Shown here piece after piece: positions 58,618-64,000 of a stretch of DNA of 64,000 nucleotides. Every line of letters starts with the position of its first letter. Positions within the stretch are counted from its first letter, which is position 1. The position numbers and the translations under genes were made by a program. The notes under the pieces were generated by a model, which ran no database searches, was not told the DNA's origin, and saw nothing but the letters and a program-made list of their open reading frames with translations. Source of the DNA: Candidatus Latescibacterota bacterium (lineage in GTDB: Bacteria > Latescibacterota > UBA2968 > GCA-2709665); NCBI GenBank assembly GCA_965203805.1, contig OZ241917.1, positions 3,072,001 through 3,136,000 on the forward strand. The letters run 5' to 3'.

Positions 58618-60693
58618 CTACTTCAGGTCCACCATCGCCTTGCCGACCCCCACGTTGCCCAGCGCATCGGTCGCGCGGACCACCACCGTATATTCTCCCG
58701 CGGTTAGCTCCCGAAGTTCGAATCGCAAGGTCTCCGTCCTGGAATCGAAGATCCGATCAGCCGGAAAAATCACCTTCCAGTCTCCCGAATTCACCGCGTA
58801 GTCCGCCTTCCAAAGCGGGCTCGCAGCGTCATCAAGCGATCCCTCGACGATTACGGTCCCCCCCGCAATGGGCTGTATCTGAAGCCGGACCGTGGGCGGC
58901 GTGTGGTCAAGATCGAACGGCTCACTGATCCTTTCACCAGCCAATGCCAGTTCTTCCGGATTCGCCAGCCGGTCCGACGCCACCACCCGGACCAGCATCG
59001 TGCCCTCGGGGGCAGACTCGGTATGCCAGTCGTAGGCATTTGCAAGCAGGTTCTCCTTCAGGAGTTTCCAGGTTTTCTCGGTCCGACCCCTGTAATATAA
59101 CGCGTACACCAGCCGGTCGTCATTTGCGTCTTCCGCCTTCCAGGAGATTCGCCAGACGCCTCTGGCATTACCCTGCGCCTGCCTGCCGTTCCCGGCGTCC
59201 TTCGGCGAGGCGCCGTTACCCTGGGCGTCAAGTGGAGAAACGCCGAGTGCAGTCACCCGCGGGCCCATGTTTTCCTGCAGGCCCACCAGACTCACCTCTC
59301 GAATCATCGGCGTCGTCGCGCCCGTTGCCGAACTCAGTTCGGCACGATACTGCAGGAATCGGGCGGGAGGGCTGGATATCTGACCGCCCCGGTCGACTGT
59401 AGACCAACCGCTCCATGTATCGTCCGGTTTCCTGCTGTTTCCCGAACGGGTCCGGAATTGAATCGACGCGCCCCGGGCGGTCTCAGAATTCCACCTGATC
59501 CGGCCCCATTTCGAAACCAGGTAGAAATCTTTCGCCCTGGATTCCAGGCTGCCTTCGCGCGCGTATGACTTACCCAACCGGTACACTTTCCCGGCGCCCG
59601 CGGTTCCCACCCAGAACTCGCCGGTCGCGGACCTGCAGAATGCCCATGGTTGTACGTCTTTAAGTCGGGTCAACAGCGTGGCACGACCCGTAAGGTCCAC
59701 ACGATAAATGCTCCCACTGTCGCCCGTGAGCGCGGTAATCTCTCCAACGTCTGCATGTAATGCCAGGAGCATCGGCTCTTCCACGTCCCAGAGACGAACC
59801 GCCGCCCCCGATGGCCGTATGGCGTACAGCACGGAACCCTGTTGCGAGGCAGAGGATCCCTGACCCTTGGCGGCCTGCTGCGACCCACCCTTGCCGCCCC
59901 CCTTGGAACGCCTGGACATCGCGCCCGCATACAGGATCCCGTCCGGTCCCATCGCCAGCGCATGGATTTCATTTTCCGCCGCATCGTACAACACTTCCAC
60001 TCGGCCCTGCGCGTTGACACGGTAGACCAGCCCGCTCTGATCCGTACCTGCATACACCTGGCCGTCGGCGTCCCGAACCATCGAAACGACATTGTGGTCT
60101 TCGCTCTGATAGATCTCGTCGACCATTCCGGCCGAAGAGATACGCAGGATGCGTCCGTGCCGCCCGCCGGTAGCCGCGTACAGGCCTCCCTGTCCATCCG
60201 GCGCCAGCGCCCAGACGTGCTCACTTCCGGTCCGACAAAACGTCTCCGGCTCTTTGCCCGGGACAACCCGATACACAATACCGTCCGGGGACGAGCCGGC
60301 AAAGAGCGTCCCGTCCGTTCCCAGGGCGAGACAGAAAATGGCCACTTCGGGAGAGTCGAACAGGAGCGTCGGCGCCTCCGAGCCGTTATAGGCGAAGATC
60401 TTTCCGCTATTCCCCGTGGCGATATACAACCGATGGTCTCTCCCTTCGGCGAGCGCCCAGACGAAATCTTCGCCCGTATCCGCTGCGATCTCCACCTCGG
60501 GAGCAAGTAACACCGTGCCGTCTCTCGTTATTGAGACGCCGTCGGCTTCGCCCCGGAGAAAGGCCTTATGCGACTGCTCGCGCCAGACGATCGGCTCAAC
60601 GCCGTCCGCTGAACCCGGCAGGCAGTACAATACAGACCAGAGGCACGCCAACAAAACACGAACCTTCGGATGTCCGTTTCCCCTGTCCAACAA
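58618..60693 (-). CDS. Secreted beta-propeller protein with a C-terminal Ig/FN3-like region
   Basis: Repeated WALA..G.LY.(A/G)TG blades; TRSGNS..PDDTWSGWS, SPPARFLQYRA. Confidence 0.8.
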   Translation of the reverse strand: MLDRGNGHPKVRVLLACLWSVLYCLPGSADGVEPIVWREQSHKAFLRGEADGVSITRDGTVLLAPEVEIAADTGEDFVWALAEGRDHRLYIATGNSGKIFAYNGSEAPTLLFDSPEVAIFCLALGTDGTLFAGSSPDGIVYRVVPGKEPETFCRTGSEHVWALAPDGQGGLYAATGGRHGRILRISSAGMVDEIYQSEDHNVVSMVRDADGQVYAGTDQSGLVYRVNAQGRVEVLYDAAENEIHALAMGPDGILYAGAMSRRSKGGGKGGSQQAAKGQGSSASQQGSVLYAIRPSGAAVRLWDVEEPMLLALHADVGEITALTGDSGSIYRVDLTGRATLLTRLKDVQPWAFCRSATGEFWVGTAGAGKVYRLGKSYAREGSLESRAKDFYLVSKWGRIRWNSETARGASIQFRTRSGNSRKPDDTWSGWSTVDRGGQISSPPARFLQYRAELSSATGATTPMIREVSLVGLQENMGPRVTALGVSPLDAQGNGASPKDAGNGRQAQGNARGVWRISWKAEDANDDRLVYALYYRGRTEKTWKLLKENLLANAYDWHTESAPEGTMLVRVVASDRLANPEELALAGERISEPFDLDHTPPTVRLQIQPIAGGTVIVEGSLDDAASPLWKADYAVNSGDWKVIFPADRIFDSRTETLRFELRELTAGEYTVVVRATDALGNVGVGKAMVDLK

Positions 60694-60761
60694 CCTTTCC
60701 TCCTGCTGTTTGCAATCTCTCTCCGCTGCCTGTCGCCCGCACCGGGCGCGCCTGCGCCGGA

Positions 60762-62573
60762 CTACTTCCCTTTGCCGCCGGCGCCGCCACCCTCGGCAAA
60801 AATAACGCCGTTTCGTTTTCTGTTCACGTCCAGGACAACGATCTGACTTCCCGACAGCACGTAGTCCGTGGGAATCCGCGTCCTTTGTACAACGGTCTGT
60901 CGAACCGGTTTTACGGCATCCGAGGAGCGGGAAAACTGAAGCACCGAAAGTACCGAGAACGGCAGCCTTGACAATTCGCGTCCCTCAATCGTCACACCCT
61001 GGGCGCCGGACAACAACTCAACGACCAATTCATCGTTCCGGCTGACCTGCCCCAGCAGGCGGATGAGATGATCCAGGTTTCCGGCGTTATGTTCACCCGG
61101 CGCCCGCTTGGCCTCCTGTTTGCCGTGGGCCGATGCGCTGGAAACCCGAAGAATCAGCCGGCCTCCCGGCGTCTGACCGGGAATGACCAGCGCCTCCCGA
61201 ATCTGCTCCAGGCCGCCCCAATAGGGCCTCAGGGAAACCGTGACGCACACCGTATCGCCGGGCTGGTACGACGTCTTCTGCAAACCGACCGAATTGATGT
61301 GGGCGGTATGCGCCCGCTCGGCTTCAACATCCAGGTCGAAGGTGACCCTCTCGATCCGAACGGGCTCAAATGGATTCCGGATCAGTTGCGTCAGCGGCGT
61401 GGTGACGCCCGTCACGGCCTGCCCGAGGCCCAGCGGGCCGGCATAGACGTTTTCGGCCTCTACAGACGGACGTCCGTTCAGTTCAATTCTTACGCGGGAT
61501 GTTACCGTCACCTCTCCGGTCAGCTTCTCGGACGAAACCATCGCGCTGAATACGCCAATCCTCAAGAGCGCGGGGGTGAGGTCGCGGTTTCGCAGGACCT
61601 CCATGCGGAACCGCGCCTCCTTTCCAGGGGAACGCAGATTGATCTGCGCAGGCATCATGTCCACGTCGAGACCGACGGTTCCCGCGATGCCCGGAGCGCG
61701 GTCCTGAACGATGGCGCCCATGGTTTCACCGGCCACGCCCAGCTTGAATGACGCGTATTGACTGGGCAGCACTTCGTGGATATAGGCGGCCGTCATCGGC
61801 AACGCCGTGGCGCCGCCGAAAATCATGGAATGCCCGAAACCGACCACCCGGTCGCCGTCGCGATGGGTCAGCGTTCCGATTCCGGTAACGCTGAGATCGC
61901 CACGTACGAGCTGTACGCCAAGGGCGGCGCCGGGTTCGAACGCGCCCGAAGGCACGCCTGGGTCCGCGCTACCGCCACCTTGAACCGGCGTCCATCCCAA
62001 CTCAGAGAATTCCCTTCGGAATTCAGCCACCGCCCGTTGCGCGAAACCGGAGATAGCGATCGGCAGGCTTATCGGCGTCAGTTCGGCCGCATCCATCCCC
62101 GTCAGATCGAGCAGCCGGCGCGCGCCGGCTTCCGGCAATCGGGCCGCCGTACGGACGCCGTCCGGCGCGGTCGGCCGGTTGAACAGTTCAACCATGGCCG
62201 CAATCGGCGTGATCCCTGCGATGGGTTCCTTGGCAAAAGCGCCGACCCGGTAGGATACCGCGCCGATCAGCTTGCCATCGATGTAGACCGGGCTGCCGCT
62301 CATCCCCAGGATCACCCCCGTATTGGACAGGGGGCCGCCGGACAACCGGGCGAGAATCAGGTCGCTGCGAGGACCGATCGCGTTGTGCAGGACACCCAGG
62401 ATTTCGACCTGAAACGTATCGATCCGCGTGCCCTGGAAGACCGTCCGTCCGATACCCCGCATCCCTCTGCGGAGTTCCTTTACGGGAAGGGTCGCCACAG
62501 TCCCCCAGGAATTGGCGAAGATTGCGCACCACAGTACGGCCGGAAGCGTTATTTTCAGAAGGCGCGCCACCAC
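60762..62573 (-). CDS. SpoIVB-like peptidase S55 domain protein
   Basis: GIGRTVFQGT..FQVEILGVL, GMSGSPVYIDGKLIGAVSY, GITPI. Confidence 0.88.
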   Translation of the reverse strand: MVARLLKITLPAVLWCAIFANSWGTVATLPVKELRRGMRGIGRTVFQGTRIDTFQVEILGVLHNAIGPRSDLILARLSGGPLSNTGVILGMSGSPVYIDGKLIGAVSYRVGAFAKEPIAGITPIAAMVELFNRPTAPDGVRTAARLPEAGARRLLDLTGMDAAELTPISLPIAISGFAQRAVAEFRREFSELGWTPVQGGGSADPGVPSGAFEPGAALGVQLVRGDLSVTGIGTLTHRDGDRVVGFGHSMIFGGATALPMTAAYIHEVLPSQYASFKLGVAGETMGAIVQDRAPGIAGTVGLDVDMMPAQINLRSPGKEARFRMEVLRNRDLTPALLRIGVFSAMVSSEKLTGEVTVTSRVRIELNGRPSVEAENVYAGPLGLGQAVTGVTTPLTQLIRNPFEPVRIERVTFDLDVEAERAHTAHINSVGLQKTSYQPGDTVCVTVSLRPYWGGLEQIREALVIPGQTPGGRLILRVSSASAHGKQEAKRAPGEHNAGNLDHLIRLLGQVSRNDELVVELLSGAQGVTIEGRELSRLPFSVLSVLQFSRSSDAVKPVRQTVVQRTRIPTDYVLSGSQIVVLDVNRKRNGVIFAEGGGAGGKGK

Positions 62574-62910
62574 TGAGACCCTTTCTGATTAGACGGTACG
62601 GAAGCCAGGAAATCTACGTTGCGCCTGCAGAAAAGTCAAGCGTTGGGACTTCTCGCTTACCGTGATCCAACGTCCTTTCCCGGAAACAAGCTGCCTGAAT
62701 CCGGCGCCGCAATCCCGGCAAACGCAAGGGTTGTCCCTGCGATTACAGGATAGGCGCATATCACGGTCCTTCGCGGTTTATTTCTCGCCCATCCGGCAGG
62801 CTTGCAAGTCAATATCGGAGACCGGGTTCAGTCTCGCGGATATTATACCCGTTTTTGGAGTGTGGAACAAGCCTCTTGTGAAAATCCGATCTTGTCCTTA
62901 TCATAATCCC

Positions 62911-63381
62911 ATGCGAATCATGCTGGTGGCGGTTGGCAAATGTCGAAAGCGGTACTTGAGGGAAGGAGTGACGGACTACATCGATCGAATCAACAGATAT
63001 GCCAGCCTGAAGCATATCGAACTGAAAGAGGAACGGACCCCGAAGAAGGGCGCGGCGCAAGGCAGTCTTGGCGTCGAGGCCGAACGCATTCTCCGCAGCG
63101 TACCGGAAAGAGCCTATCTTGTTGCTGTGGATCCTGCCGGAGACGTTTGCACTTCCGACGCCTTCGCACGCCGAATAAGAAAAATCGGTATTGACGGCAC
63201 AAGCCGGATCGCGTTTGTCATTGGCGGCCCTGCCGGCCTCTCTTCCCGGGTTACCCGGCGCGCCGACTGGCGACTATCGCTTTCTTCACTGACCTTTCCG
63301 CACGAAATCGCCCGTCTGGTGCTTCTCGAACAGATCTACAGGGCATTTACCATTATACGCGGCGAACCGTATCACCGGTAG
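62911..63381 (+). CDS. rlmH: 23S rRNA (pseudouridine1915-N3)-methyltransferase
   Basis: FVIGGPAGL, LSLSSLTFPHEIARLVLLEQIYRAFTI..GEPYH. Confidence 0.95.
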   Translation: MRIMLVAVGKCRKRYLREGVTDYIDRINRYASLKHIELKEERTPKKGAAQGSLGVEAERILRSVPERAYLVAVDPAGDVCTSDAFARRIRKIGIDGTSRIAFVIGGPAGLSSRVTRRADWRLSLSSLTFPHEIARLVLLEQIYRAFTIIRGEPYHR

Positions 63382-63445
63382 GTTCCGCCGTCGGCAGTTC
63401 CTCAGTAACGAGGGAGGATTTCAGACCGCGATTTCGGCAGTCAGA

Positions 63446-63542
63446 AAAAAGCCCGGAAAACAGGTCCATCCGACAGCCGTGGAGAGATGATTCCGCCACT
63501 GGAATCCGGCTGCCGGGAACGTCCCCTGTTTCCGGGCTTTTT
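63446..63542. other. ~100 nt long imperfect hairpin (candidate ncRNA, terminator or mini-element)
   Basis: AAAAAGCCCGGAAAACAGG...CCTGTTTCCGGGCTTTTT enclosing CAGCCG/CGGCTG and GATTCC/GGAATC stems. Confidence 0.5.
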
Positions 63543-64000
63543 AATTCAGACCGAATTGCGAGGATTTGCAGTTTCGGGGGAACGGAAGTAATACGGATCC
63601 GACAACCACGGTGAACGGCCGGAGGGGTATCGGCCAAATGGCGCCGGAAGATAGGTTGTCTCAATCTCGTGCTTCCTGAGAGCAATTGAAAGATAAGCCA
63701 TAGTTTTTCCCCAGTCAAGGGTAAGTTTGTCGTAATATACTGTTTTACATTATCTTGTGGTCTCCATGCGGAGGCATACCTTATATGGAATTTCAGGTGG
63801 CGAAGCCCGGCGGACCGGGTGAAGAGGGGGAACGTCCCCGCCGCCGGCGATATCCCTGGACAGGTTTTGCGTCCGGCGCTATCTTCGATGTCCGGTAAGA
63901 CGAGCGGGGTCTGTATAGACCGAACTCACACGCATTCGTGTTTCGACGTGATTCCCCCATGCCACATACCCTTACCATAACCCGCGCCGCCGCGGAGATC

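Noticed and set aside
63446-63542. SRP (4.5S) RNA or 6S RNA
   Set aside because: Lacks the SRP CAGG-N-GGAA-N-AGCAG loop and is too short for 6S
63787-63900. 37-codon ORF after GGAGG, or a riboswitch near the right edge
   Set aside because: No recognisable motif, and the context is cut by the window edge

Overview
64 kb of GC-rich bacterial chromosome. A C-terminal FlgD-Ig/T9SS-like sorting tail, tandem MacB/FtsX permeases and an ankyrin protein suggest an FCB-group lineage such as Latescibacterota (inference). The right third is mostly housekeeping: rlmH, an S55 peptidase/beta-propeller pair, ribD-ribE-ribBA-ribH-nusB-secA, groESL with CIRCE, acs, queC, an ECF sigma/anti-sigma/HtrA-like operon, a sigma70 and purH. 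The left two-thirds are accessory. Main observations: (1) a four-helix-bundle (IVS/Avd-like) gene and uvrA bracketed by three alternately oriented ACGAG/CTCGT octamer arrays; (2) a DUF2946/CruR-like CxxC + RAPP uORF ahead of a triple-repeat His lipoprotein and a ZnuD-like TonB receptor; (3) a metal-starvation cluster with a duplicated promoter/Fur-type operator, an internally deleted cobW, a WD40 protein and a Zrg-like ABC system with a YceI-DUF3299 fusion; (4) a ~190 bp MITE in 5 copies with 4 bp YTRA target duplications, plus a second MITE family and nested REP-like hairpins; (5) two paralogous permeases that both appear to start at ATT; (6) degenerate enzymes (HtrA-like pseudo-protease, Uma2 PD->PN). 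I found no rRNA, tRNA, CRISPR array or transposase. All family calls come from motif recognition by eye, not from database searches.
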